A program made the translations under genes and the position numbers. A DNA stretch of 64,000 bases. It comes from Raillietiella orientalis. Its lineage: Eukaryota. The stretch lies in the NCBI GenBank assembly GCA_036172245.1, contig JAYWIR010000018.1, positions 2,852,001 through 2,916,000 of the forward strand, given 5' to 3'. Below the pieces are notes generated by a model. That model was not told the DNA's origin. It saw only the letters and a list, made by a program, of their open reading frames with translations, and ran no database searches. Below are positions 43,775 through 55,799 of this stretch, piece by piece. Within the stretch, counting starts at the first letter, position 1, and each line of letters starts with the position of its first letter.

Positions 43775-46700
43775 ACGCTTTGCTTGTGCTACTCTCCCGA
43801 TCAGAGCTACCGGTTCGCAGGGCCTCCGTTGCGGATGCGGATGCGGAGGATACGGATCCCTCTCGTGCTCCGAGCACCTCCTGCGCGCGGGATCGTGCCT
43901 GTGCAGTCGAACGGCGCAGCATGAAGAACGTTGAAGACTGTCCACGTGGATGCGCGATGCTGTCCCACCTGAGAGGACTGCTATTCCCTACGCCGTGGGT
44001 GCCTTCCGATGAAGGGAGGGGGAAGGCAAGGGGGAAGCGATCCTTCCTCGCACTCGATGGTGCACCTCCTGGAGGCAACGCCCTTTGTGGTGTGTTTGTT
44101 CCGAGCCGGGGATTCACCAAAGGTCCCACCCTTCACCCTCAACTGGGCAGGAATGCTGGAATCACTTCTTTCGCTCTCGAGGGCGACGGGAGCGTCATCC
44201 GAGCTAGTGTCCTCTGGTCGGCGGGATGCAGGGATCCCTGCAGGAGCTGGAAAGTTTCCAAGGACGTGCACTTGATGCAGCTTAGCAGGTGGGTGATTGA
44301 TAGCGTTGCGCTACATCCCCCGCATCCGCGCCGTCTGCTGGACATGCCTGCCGGAACGCCCTCCGGGTGAGCGAGAGCAGACCGGCTTGTCCGCTCAGTC
44401 AGAAGATGGCACGCCTCAACCGTCCGGCAACGCCGAAAGCGCAGCAGGCAGACCCGAGGTCTCCTCCGTGAGGTCCACGGTTCGAATCTGTCAGGCGGCG
44501 CCTTTCTTAGCTTCTTCGCCTAGGAGAGCGCCTTCCCTTCTTGCCGCTCGGTCCTACGCGGACCTCAAGGACGCCAGGAAAGGGGAGGAGGAGGTGCTGT
44601 GGAAAGCTCTTTTCCCTCTGTGCCTCCTCTTCCTGCGCTGCCAAACTTCCTGGTTGGGACGCAGCCGCCATCTGAACGTCCCCGCCGGATTCCGCTATCC
44701 TCGATCGGATGACTTCGAGTTGCGGTTCACGCCTGCGCGTTTCCTCCCGCAGGCTATGAGGACCCATGCAAGGGGTTCCTCCTTCCTCCCTCCTCCCCGT
44801 TCTGCCTCTTCCGAGCTGCGTCTCATCTCTTCGCCACCACGTCGGATGCCTCCTCCGTTGCCTTGAACGACAGCGATGTGCTCTCTCCCATCTCCACTCA
44901 AGACGCTGCTCTTTCCATATGAAGATCGATCATCGTCCCCACGATCACTGCGCGGAGGCATGGCTTTGGAGGGTCCCTCCGAAGTGCCATCAGACGGATT
45001 CGTGTGGCCTTCCACTAGCCCTGGCCAGATCCCAGGAGCCTCACCTTTGAGCTTCCCCGGATCGGCATGGACATCTAACGCGGCCTCATTCCCAACGGAG
45101 GTCTCCTCTTTCTCCCTCCTTCCTTCCTTGCCCGCCAGCAACAGTGTTTGCTATGTTGGCAACCCTCGGGCGCTACTCGGACGACCGCCAGCTACCTGGA
45201 TTCTTCTGGTCCGAAGGAGCGTCCCTAGCTTTTCGCTACCCCGTGGCCGGTCGCGTTGGCGTTCCCGGAGCCGTCGCTCCTGAAAGGCGTCCCCTCGACC
45301 CCCATTCGTTTCCCTACTCCCTGGTGTTGCGATCGGGCTCCTCCTAGAAGTCCGGTCTTCTGGCTCCGTTTCGCTTCCGTCTGCTTCTCTGGACGAGTCG
45401 GTCTTTTGGCAGATCAGCAGAAGGTCGCATCCGTCCTCCGGGAGTGCGCGGATTCGACCGGGGTTCGTCCGGTCGCACCCCGCTGCCGCCCTCATCCGAC
45501 GGGCCGCCACCGTTGATCCGCGGCCTGGTGGGTTCTCGGCCTTCCGGGAAGTGCCAGAGACTTGGGAGAGGGCTATGGGAGATGCCTGTGATACCGCTGC
45601 ACCATTCCTGTCCCGCGCGCGGAACGGTAGGACTTGCTACTTCCCCGACGCGCATGCGTCAGGGCTGCTCCTCTCCCCCAGAGGGCACCAGCGCCGTCCG
45701 CACGGGAAAAACGCGTCCTCCCGCCTGCCGTTTCCTGCCCTGGAAGGTCCCTCTTCGGGCACGTGAGTTCGGTCCACGTTGGCGCGGGTCCCCTTTTTAC
45801 CCTTTCCCCGTAGCTCCTGTCCCTTTGGCCCTCGTCGGTGCGACCTTGATGGAGAAGGCGAGGTGCACCCCGGCCGATGGGTCACGTGACTTGCAAGCAG
45901 CGGACGGGGGGTCTCCTTCCGCCTTCCCCGGAGCATCCTTGAATCTAACTTAATCTGGAAGCACGGAGAGCACCTCCCTCACTACCGGACAGATGGGCAG
46001 GCGCCTTCCGTGCTTCCAGCTTCACCCCGAGCTGCGTGGTAATCTTTCCGGCACCAACGCTCCAGTTGTTCCTCGTGAGGTACAGGGGTGGGGGTGGGGG
46101 GAGGGAAGGGGACGTGAAAAAGCTTCCGATGGCAGGCGCGGCATCCCTGCGGCACAGAGCCGGTTGATGACGGTTCCGCTTTCTGCTCTGGACCAGAGTG
46201 GCTGTTTTCACGAAGCAGCTCTGACGTGCTCTGACGAGTGACGAGCACACCTGAAATGACACGGCAGGTACGCTCGTCATTCGTTGCGAGAGGTCTTCAG
46301 CGGCCTCTGGAAGACCTGTCAGCCCAAGAGCTCTTCTCCTTAAGGGAGTCAAACGGCAGCAGCATACCCCTCATGGGATGATAAGAATCCTGCTGGGACT
46401 CCAGAAACATTTGCGCTGCTTTCCTTACGACTTTTTTTCTTTTCGTGCTTTCCTTTTTTTTGGTTCGCCAAGTGCTGAAGCGGGCGCCTTACAGGGGGCT
46501 CACAAAACTTTTTGACGTTGTCCGCGTCATCCGGGGGTGCGTGTAGTAGCTCTTCAAGTTATGGGACTCCAAGTTAGGGGATCACCCAATGAATCCAGGA
46601 ATGCCCCGGAGGAAGGAGTCCTTTCCTATTACTCTTGGCAGGGAACACCGAAGAAACTTCCATATTCTCTCCGGAGGACCCTGCGTAGGGATCCCGGGAA

Positions 46701-46829
46701 AGAGTACTCCTTGTTACTTCACTGAAGAGAGCCCCAAAGGGACGCTCCTTCAAGGGCGTCCCGAAAGGAGCAACATGTTCTTCCCACTCTAGAGAGTGTT
46801 CATCCACCAGCTTCATGGTACTCGATGGG

Positions 46830-47135
46830 TCTCCCCCTCCTAGGGGGGGATACGGCCTCATTTTCACAATCAGTGGGGAATACCGAAGGACTCCTTGATT
46901 CATGGAAGGACCCCAGAGAGTCAACTTCTAATCACGTCCAGTCAACGGGGGAATTTGGCTTCCACCGGTGACACGCCCGAAGCCTTCAGGCCAACTAGCG
47001 TCATCCTGAGGACGAGACTCGAAACCCATGACTCACCCCCCATTTCTCTGGCCTCGATCCTTCCCCGATTGCGATTCGAACCCGCAACGCTCAGTGCCAT
47101 GCGGGGAGAGCGCAGCCGCACTGCCGCCGACGCGG
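46830..47135 (-). mobile_element. tRNA-derived SINE-like element, copy B
   Basis: Minus strand reads ggcactgagcgttgcGGGTTCGAATCgcaatcggggaaggatcgagg; it shares its body with 1790-2045 and its head with 34884-34980. Confidence 0.65.
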
Positions 47136-47449
47136 CAAGGTGGGACGCCACCTGAAGCACTGCGGGAAAAATGGAACCTCTTGGTGGGTGGTCCACATGT
47201 CAACTGATGGATGCTGCGACCCCGAGTGACCCATCGAAAGGGACTGCTCCGCGGGGCAGAGCATCTGGGCATCCTCTACCATGAATTCCGACTGCCGGAC
47301 GGACAGTCCCACCCTCCTCTTAAAGAGGCAGGGGTAGGCGTTGCTGATGTTGCACTGTGGAGTTGCATATCTCCACCATTGGCCCGGGGCACTGTGGATT
47401 CCAACTGTAAAGGAGAACTGCAAAAAAGGCGGGGAAAATAAAGTGTTCC

Positions 47450-47747
47450 CGCATCTGCTCGTGGAGTGCGTTGCCCTCCGGCCCGTCTGGGACTGCAATG
47501 CCTCAGCCCTCCGCATGTCCCGTGGACCACTCCAGGGACGTAGTGAAGCTCCTATTCGTGCGGGGCGCAGTGCCTCCAGGCGCGTAGGCGGCGGCAGTGT
47601 GCACCGCTCAAAGAGGCTGCAAGAGCCGCGTCGGCGTCAGCTCTTTGCTGCCTTCGCAGGACTGTTGCAGCCTGGAGTGCTCCGCCGAAAGAGGCTGTAA
47701 CACAGGGTCGCCATCGTCTCCGCCATTCGCTTTCCTCGGACGACAAC
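47450..47747. repeat. Diverged interspersed repeat, inverted relative to 60115-60370
   Basis: Shared blocks (gccctccg.cccgtc, gtggac.actccagggacgt, ttcgtg.ggggcgca.tgcc, ccgccgaaagaggc, gacaac) occur in the same order in the reverse complement of 60115-60370. Confidence 0.75.
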
Positions 47748-50700
47748 TAGGTGGCCCCACCTGGGAACTCTACAGGAGGAACTCTTTATCATCCTTGGAG
47801 AAATTCAGAGGATCCCTCGCATTCTACCCTGAAGGTTTTTTATATTTATTTATCTATTTCTATTTTTATTTTGTTTTCTTTTTGTTGGTTCTTCTCCCCT
47901 CTGCTGCCAGGGCGGATTCCTCCGGCCTGCTCATCGGCACCTCGGACTGTTGCCGGAACTTTCGGACGTGGCTGAAGAATCGCTGGCCCCACCATCGCTT
48001 GTTTCTCGCGCGTTTCAAATAGACGCCCCGGGCAGACAGGTGGCCAAAGCGCGGCGCTTGCCTAAGGTCCGCCAAGAGTCGCCGCGGCAGGTTCTTGGCA
48101 GTGTCCTCCGGGTGCAGCGCAGTCTAACGGCAGGTGCAGGAATGATTCGATGGTCCCGCACCTAGAATGGTTTGGGAATGTGACTCTCCCTGAAGTGGGG
48201 TGTCGGCGCTCTTGCATAGGAAGCCCCAGCGCAGAAGCAGCAGCACGTTCCGCTCCCGCCTCAAGGGAGACACCGAAGCGCGTCCAGACACAACGGAGAG
48301 TCGGAAGAAGGTCTCTGGGGGCGCGAACAGCAGCCCGCTACGCCTGAGGAATGCCTTCGCCCGGGAAGGAAGGGTGACGGCGTTCACCAGCACACTCGCC
48401 TTCCAGCCTTCCAGGAGTTTGGTCTCTGTAGCAACGAGCACAGGAGAACTCCCATCCCGCCTGTTGCCCACTTGCCCCCTGGGCGGACAGCGCTGCGGCA
48501 AGGGGTGGGACGCGAACGGAATCACTTCGCCGAGTCCTTCAGGACACCCCGTGGTGGAAGGTTGATGGGAGCACGCAGAGGACGAATTTTTCAAGGCGCA
48601 TTCCCAGGGTGGGAGCCGAGGTCACAACCGCCTCCTGCCTCTAGGCACGCCTGTTCATCGGACGGCGGGAGATCCAGCAGTGGCCTGCGAAAAAAGGGGC
48701 AGGGATCGATACCGCTTGTGTGTCACCTCAGAGACCCTCCGGATCACGGCCAGCAGCCCCCCAAGGACGTTTTTCGGCTTCTCTTTGCGCGGGACGCCCT
48801 GCAACCAGCCGCAGCCCTGGTAGCACTTTGCTGCGTCCGAGGTATTGTGGCAGCATGGAGCGAGGCCAAAGAGGAAGCAACGAAAGGGACGCCATCGAAT
48901 TCGCAGTTCGCTTCCTGCGGATTACGACCAGATGGCTTCACCAGGGAAGAATACGGATGAACCTCGACGGCATCCTGCCATCCTGCAAGGGATGGACACT
49001 CCCCCAAGCATCCCTTCCCGGTCTTCCCGAGTGTTCTTTTTATTTTTTTTTTTTGTTTTTTCCCCATCCGCCTCAGCTGCCGAGGAGAGGAGAGTCGGTC
49101 TGAGTACCGGCGACCCGGCAGGTCCAATGTTGTGTTGGTGGTAGTGGGGCCTTGTACTACGAATGTAAAAAGTTTATTAATAAACGCCCCGGAGTGATCG
49201 GTTGGCAACTCCCGAGGTGTGACGGGAACGTCGGACGGGTCCCTTTCCGTACCGGGAGCACCTGCAGGAGCTGCTGCAGCTTCCACACGAGGACGAGCTC
49301 GAGATGACAGTCTCAGGCGGAGGAGATGGCGGACCTCCTCCCCCGGCACCTCCTTCCTTCTGGCTGCTCCCAGTTCGCCTGCGCCCCCTCTCTCAGTTCG
49401 AGCACCACTAACAGAATGAGGAAGTCTGCTCTTCCCGCGTTGCTGGAGTGTCCTTCGCGGGCTGCCAAGGTCGTTCCCGAGCGCTTCCGCGGGTCGAGAC
49501 GGAGGCTGGAGATCTGACCTTCCCTTCTCGAGCTGTGCTACCCCTTCACCCTTCCCGAAAGGTACCAGCTGTCGGGAACCCGGATCCCGGCTTGTAGGCG
49601 TCAGCGCTGGCTTTGCCGCCGCGCTGCTCCTCGAGGTCGTCTTTCGCTGCAGACCGGTGTTCTTCCTCTACAGGTCCGTCGTTCCCCTGACCATCCCGCG
49701 GCTCACTACGGGCACCCTCGTAAGATGGCGTTCGGACCTGGAATGCGCGGAAAGGACGCGCCGCCTCCAAAGTTGCCGCGCCACCCATCCGACGCCTCAT
49801 TGAGGCAAGCACGTCGGTTCCGGAAAGAGACGGCGCCCTCAAAGGTGGGTGACCTCCTACGGCAAAAAAGATCATCCAGAGTGAGGAAAGCTGGTTCCAA
49901 GGCAGAATGCAGCCGAAGAATAGCCTCCAGTTTAGCAGGTCCTTCTCACCCGGTTGCGTCCAAGGAGGACCGCTCACTGCTCAAGGGGAACCCACGAGCG
50001 AGGAAGGTGAAAACAGACGCTGCGGAAGGAGGGACGCAGGTTCAGTGGGTGATCACGACGGAGACCCCACGCCTGGGAATCCCCCCAGTCCGTACGGCCC
50101 GCGAGGGTTGCGCGACCAAGAAGCAACGCTGTCCGTCATGGCCAGGACGAAGCCGATGGTTCATCCGCAGCAGCCGTTGCGCTAAACGGCCGGGCCGCCG
50201 TCACTTCTGCCGGTGGGCGGCAGCAAGCTGGCCCCTGAGTCTCATGCAGTGACCCACGTCTCCAGAGGAGGCACGGGAGCTCTTCCCTCGCTTCCGGCCG
50301 CGCCTCCTGCTGCTAGGAGCGATTTCCATCAGCGTTCAGAGGTGGTACCGCCGGTCTCACGGGGAGCCCTGATGTAGCAACGGGGGCCGGCCAGCCCGAG
50401 AACGCTCGAGGCGCCTCGGGGGCAGTCCTCCGCAGTGCTGTTCAAGATGGCTGCCCAATAGGGCCAGTCCATGTGGGCGAGGCGTGACGGCATCTGAGAG
50501 CTGCCGGGATGGGGATCCGGCGATGGGGGCGGGACAGAGGGCAGCCTCGCTTCCTGGGTGCGCGCGTCTTCCGGGAGTTGGCGGCGTGGTTCCGCGCTTT
50601 ACCGGTCGAAGCAACGGAAGCTCGAAGACAGGAAAACTGTCGGCGTTTGCTCGGGGAGAGAGCGAGCCGCAGCTTCGGAGGCGGATCGACCTTCTCGAAT

Positions 50701-52919
50701 TCCGGGTGCCTCATACTCAAAGGGCAAGGAAGGGACTGGTACATTACGGACAGAAACGAAAGGAGCCAAGACTCTCTGGGGTCAGAACTAGGGAGAGGAA
50801 GGAAAGGTGGGATAAATACACAATTAAATAAATAAACGGGCAGATGGAGTGCAGCGGCTTCACGGTCCTTCCCAAGCGTCGGCGTTGGGCGCGTCACCTT
50901 TCAGAAGTCTGGGCCGAGCTTCTCGTCCGAGAACTGAATTGAACAAATGAGGCGATTAAGTGAGATTTTTTCTTTCCGTTTTCTATTTCTGGATGTCATT
51001 TCATTCCGAATGTAGGGATGCTTTCACTTTGTCAAATGGGGGAGGGGGGAAATGAGTGGATTGATTATGGTTTTAATGGAACCATCAAAATCCTAATCCA
51101 TGAACTCATTTTTTTTTATCATACCTGTGCTTGTGTGATACCCGCATGACATGTGGAGCGTGTCTTTATCACCCATGGCTACCGACCCTCTGAAAGAGAA
51201 TTAAGGTACACTTTGATCTGAACACCTTAAGGGCTCAGAATATTAACGAAGAATTCCACAAGGTAAAGGGAAAACTGGGTTCTATATGGGGGGGGGGGGG
51301 AGAGAAAAAAAAGGAACTCGTCAAAATTATTGAAAATCTGAGTGTTTGTACTTTAATATGATGCAGAGCTGAGGCCCTGAGAGACTGCTTTTCCTCCCCG
51401 ATCCCTGCTAGAAAGAATCAATTTTTCGGGGTCAGCTGTGCTTTCCAGCCCGGTCGCCCCTATTATTGTTCAAAATGGGGGAGTACGCGCTGGAGTGCAC
51501 TGGAGGTGGCGGCACGAGAGCTGGGGAACGCCCACGTGGGAGTCGGTAGCCAAGGGGGGAAAAAAACGCTCAGGAGGGAAGGTGGACGAGATCAAGGGCA
51601 CGATGGGAAGGGCAGGGTCACCCGGCTCCTGTGCTGCGTGTATCTCTTACGACCTTCCGGCGACCCTGGACATTGGGACGGAAGTGGGGTAGGGGTTAAC
51701 CAGAAGAGGCGACCGACCGTCTCCCGGAGTTACCTCTGCTCCTCCGCACGAGTGCTGTGGCAATCGCGAATCACCGGCGGCGGCTCGGAGGTCGAGAAAA
51801 CTGCCTCAGAGGCTCCCTAGGCGACAGGAGGGCCGCTGCCACTCGCTGCCGAACCGAAGCGGGGGCAGAGGAAGAATGGGGTCTCCGATTGGCAGCCCTG
51901 GGTTGAGTCCAACCGCCCGGGGAAATGACGGAGACCACCGGCTCACCCGGTGGTGGCCGCGCTTCCTCGCCGTCAGGGAATGGCAGGGGAGCGAGCGATC
52001 CTCTTCCCGAGGCGACCCTCCGCTTAGTGACGGGAAGAGGGTCTTTACTACTGAGCCAGGCGATCCCGCGAAGGCCCTCCCTTCGCATCGCCGTCTTCCG
52101 GAGATCCTCAGCCTCTGTTCCCTGCTGGAGCACATTCAGACGCTCTCGAACCTCCCAGCACTTTCAGGGGTGTGGCGCGCGCGTACTGCCTCTGGCGGAT
52201 CCCTCGAAGAGTCATCTCGAAACAACGAACGGGTTCCCCGTCTGGACTGGCGGCAGGGGGCCTCGGAGCTGTGCAGCCGTCCTGGCTGGTTCGCCCAGGG
52301 AGATGCCGAGGTTGTCTGCCTCCCAGTGGGCGCGAGCGTCCGAAAGTTGCCGGCCTCATGGCCTCGTCGACCCCCGCTGTGCGGCGGGAAACCCTCTTCC
52401 GCCTAGTCACCGTCCTTACATTCCCATAGGGAGGACAGAGCAGGCACTCGGCTTCAGTCGGGAAGGTTCCATGGGAAACGGCGGGAATTTTTTGGACTCG
52501 AAATCTCAGGGCGAGCGGCGCTTTCGTGGGGATAGTTCACCTAGTGTGAGAAATGTAGCATAGCAACCGTGTCCTGCAAGCTCCGCTTGAGCTCGAGGAT
52601 TTTCTGTCCGCCGAAGAAGATGGGAAAGCTGAGCTCTGCTCCTCGGTTTACCGGGCGAAATCTGTTGCGGCTGCTGCAAAATGCAACGCGGCGAGGGACT
52701 TCACCGCAAAACGCGTAGGGTTCCAGAGCACCACTTCCTCATCACTGGTCACCGGGATCTTTGTTAAACATGAATAAATGAAATTTATTTTATGCAAGGA
52801 CTGAGCTCGCTGCGGAGAGAACAAGGAGGAGTGGAGGAAGGGACCTGTGGGTGAATGAATAAACAGGGAATGATGGGATGGACTGCCCCTGTCGTGAGGA
52901 TCACCATTCCCGATGGCAG

Positions 52920-54540
52920 GGTCGGGAAGAGGAGGAATGGGAGGGCAGCTGAGTTTCAGGGTAGTCTGTCCACAATCGCGAGAAAGCTCCCCCGTGCCTC
53001 CCGGATTGGGTCAGGAAATGAAAAATGAAGGCACCTGAGAATCTTTCAACGTCGCCGTGCGTGAGACGAACCCCGGCACCCCTGCAATTCGCAGCAGTTT
53101 GCGAGAAATCCGGGGCTTGAAAGAAAATCTCGGCGCCGCAGTGTGTGCGGGCCGCGCAATCAGCCGCCTTGCTGCGGAGCACCTCAAGCCACACTCATAA
53201 GGATATGCGTCCTGGTAACATCCGTAGAGTTGAGCTCCGACTCCCGGACAAGCGCTAGAAAACATTAGTCTGCCTCCCGGAACTTTCTCATACAGAACTG
53301 ATGAGATGCGATTGGCTTGATCGACTCCGTACTTGAGAAGAGCAAAAAATTTCGTCTTCCTCAGCACTCGAGAGACAACTGACCCCGCAAATACAGCCCA
53401 GCCGTGTATTTTTTTCTTAAAGGGTCGGACAAGAAATGTTTATTTTCCAGGAGTTACTTCAACACGTTCCGATTCAGGCTGCTCCCATGGGAAAAGAGTT
53501 ATCCAAGGAAGCGTATCCAGTGTTGCCAAAACCGAACTTGTTATATGAAAAAGTTGCATCTGTAGTCAGAGATAGGAAGTCGCCAGTCATCAGGGAGAAC
53601 GACGCCATGTGTAGCTTAACTGAGAGAGAAACCGAAGTTTAGAGCCCTAAATCCGGCAGGTTTCATATTTTTCCGCGGCATCAACACCAAGAACGCCTTT
53701 GGACTTTGCATCCGGTGCTTAACGAAACGTGCAGTGATATCTTCAGTAACTCAGCATGTCAATGTCATAAGGAATAGCGGTGTTAACTGCCGTCAGTTTA
53801 ATCAGTTTGAATCTGTGTAGGAGGCAGAACACAAGTGTCTTCTGTGTTATACCGATGTTAGGTGGCTCAGTGTAGATGAAATTTTAAAGTTCCAGGAATT
53901 CAAAGAAGATGAAGTTGTTTAAGGATGCAGGAGTGAGTTGAATGTTTCACCGTCTGAAACAGCAGACGGCGATCAGCTGCACTGCAGCTTTTCTTGTAGG
54001 GACCACTGCCATTTGACAGACCTGGATATCCAAACTTCAGGGACTCGGTTAGTTCCATTTTCATATTGCTGTCCCTTCCGAAGAAAACTGAAGCTCTGGG
54101 AGGGTCAGCCTCCTAGTAATTGTCTCAGCTCATTTCGCCACGCCGCAACCCCAGAATCCCAGCCTCTAGAGGCAACTGAGCCAAGGAATGCCAAAACCTC
54201 GTAGAAGAATTCGAAAACGGGCTCGCAGTGTTTGCAGAAGCAGTGGTGCGAATGGCAGCTCTTTCTGATCGGTCCTTCCGAAACGTTCAATCCAAGTCAG
54301 CTTACGATCCACAAAGAATGACTCCTTCTGATGGAATTTCGCAAGGACTGTGTTGTTGCAGAGAAGTGCCTTCCTGTGAAACGACTCACCTCAGAGGTGT
54401 GTGTGCCCCACGGACATGCTAGTACAGACGCGGGAGTGCGCCCATCGGTCGAAATCTTCCAAAGCGAGTCCGCATTCCACAGTTCCACAATTCCCTGATC
54501 GCTACGAGGGAACTTTGCACGGAAGAAACGAATGCAAGAA
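52920..54540 (+). mobile_element. Decayed hAT DNA transposon transposase (Buster/SPIN/GTF2IRD2-like)
   Basis: Colinear frameshifted motifs: QALENISL (FENISLSR), AKNFVFLSTRETTDPANTAQPCIF (DESTD..TAQLAIF), NLLYEKVASVVRD (W.KL.SVTTDGA), FRGIxHQE (HCIIHQE), VNVIRNSGVNCRQF, CYTDVRWLS (TEVRWLS), FRRKLKLWEGQ, QNLVEEFENG. Many stops; TIRs not found. Confidence 0.85.
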
Positions 54541-55064
54541 CCTCTTCAGGATGCATTTCCAATCAGGCATCAACGTAAACAATCACCGAATTGAAATTCA
54601 CATCTTATATCATGTCAGTGTAATTAGTCTTCCATTGGTGTATACATTACAGGAGAATACGACAGAATGCCATGAACATATACAATAACTTCAAATTTAT
54701 TTTTGGTGCCCTATCAAGTGTTGGAAAAGGAAGTGGACTTTTGACGCCAGCGCGCAGCTAATGTATTCGATCTACGTCGCCGCGAAGAGAATTCCGGAGA
54801 GCGAAATTCAATGAAGGCAAAATTTGATCCACTTGAGAAATGACCGGTTGCTAGGGTTTCATTTAGATTTCCAATCTTTGGGCCTCCCCTCCATAATGGT
54901 TTCGCTTCTTGTTTTATGCATGCTCACGACTTTATGAATGTCATTACCGCCCAACAAAAGAAGTCCATCTTTCCATCTCTTTTATCATTTATTTTCCTTT
55001 CCTTAGACCCGCAGCATTCAGTCCGAGAAAGACAACTCACCGTAGTGGTGCACCGGTGGCGCCT

Positions 55065-55222
55065 ATTTATATAACATAAATTAATAAGTAGACATATAAG
55101 CAAATTAACACATGGATAGAAGCACAAATACATAGATGACTAAATAGATAGACGGATAGATAAGTGCATACATGACGAAATAGGTAGATAGACAGATAAG
55201 TAAATAGATAGAAAGATAAAAA
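55065..55222. repeat. Degenerate (GATA)n microsatellite
   Basis: atagatagacggatagataagt...gtagatagacagataagtaaatagatagaaagataa. Confidence 0.85.
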
Positions 55223-55799
55223 AGCAGAAGCCCTTTCTTTGTCTGGAGAAGGGGAGGTGGACTGGACGTACTGCACTTCCGTGTAAAAGACACGGAGGTG
55301 GAGTACTTTTCAGTGTGGCATTTTTTTGGAGGGAAGGAAAAGACGCCGTTGGATGAGGTCACGGACGCCGCGGTTTCGTGTCCGAGAGCACTGCGGGCGA
55401 TCCCTGCCTGCATTTCCTGTGGTCATGCGTGAGAGAAAGTGGTCGTCTGGTCCGGTGTTACATGGCTGGGGTGCGGACAGGCCGTTCGTGGAGCTCGTGG
55501 CGCTTGCTGAGGTCCCGCGTGGAACGGTAGCGCCTCGTCTCACGATGGGGCGTTGCCATCGGCCAATGGGAGCTGCCCCGTTCCAATCGACCCATTCCCG
55601 AGACGATCTCGAGCATAGGAATGGGACCTCGCACCACGATGAGGAAGGTCGGGTCATCAGCGGCTCCGGAAGACACCAGAAGGAGGGTCTCCTCCCCTTA
55701 AGACGCCTCGGTGTGTCCTCTTTCTGCGGGGGTTCTCGGGAACCGCTACCTCCGTCGGGAGGCTGAGGTGGCTGTTCGCTTGGGTGCAAACGCTGGAGA

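Noticed and set aside
42642..44129. Longest ORF in the track (495 aa, minus strand)
   Set aside because: Arg/Ser/Ala/Pro-rich with no recognisable domain, and it runs through the 290-bp repeat. Typical chance ORF in GC-rich DNA.
52901..53367. Minus-strand ORFs with superficially hAT-like words (KFFALL, RTHCGA)
   Set aside because: The plus strand gives a far longer colinear series of hAT motifs, so the minus-strand resemblance is coincidental.
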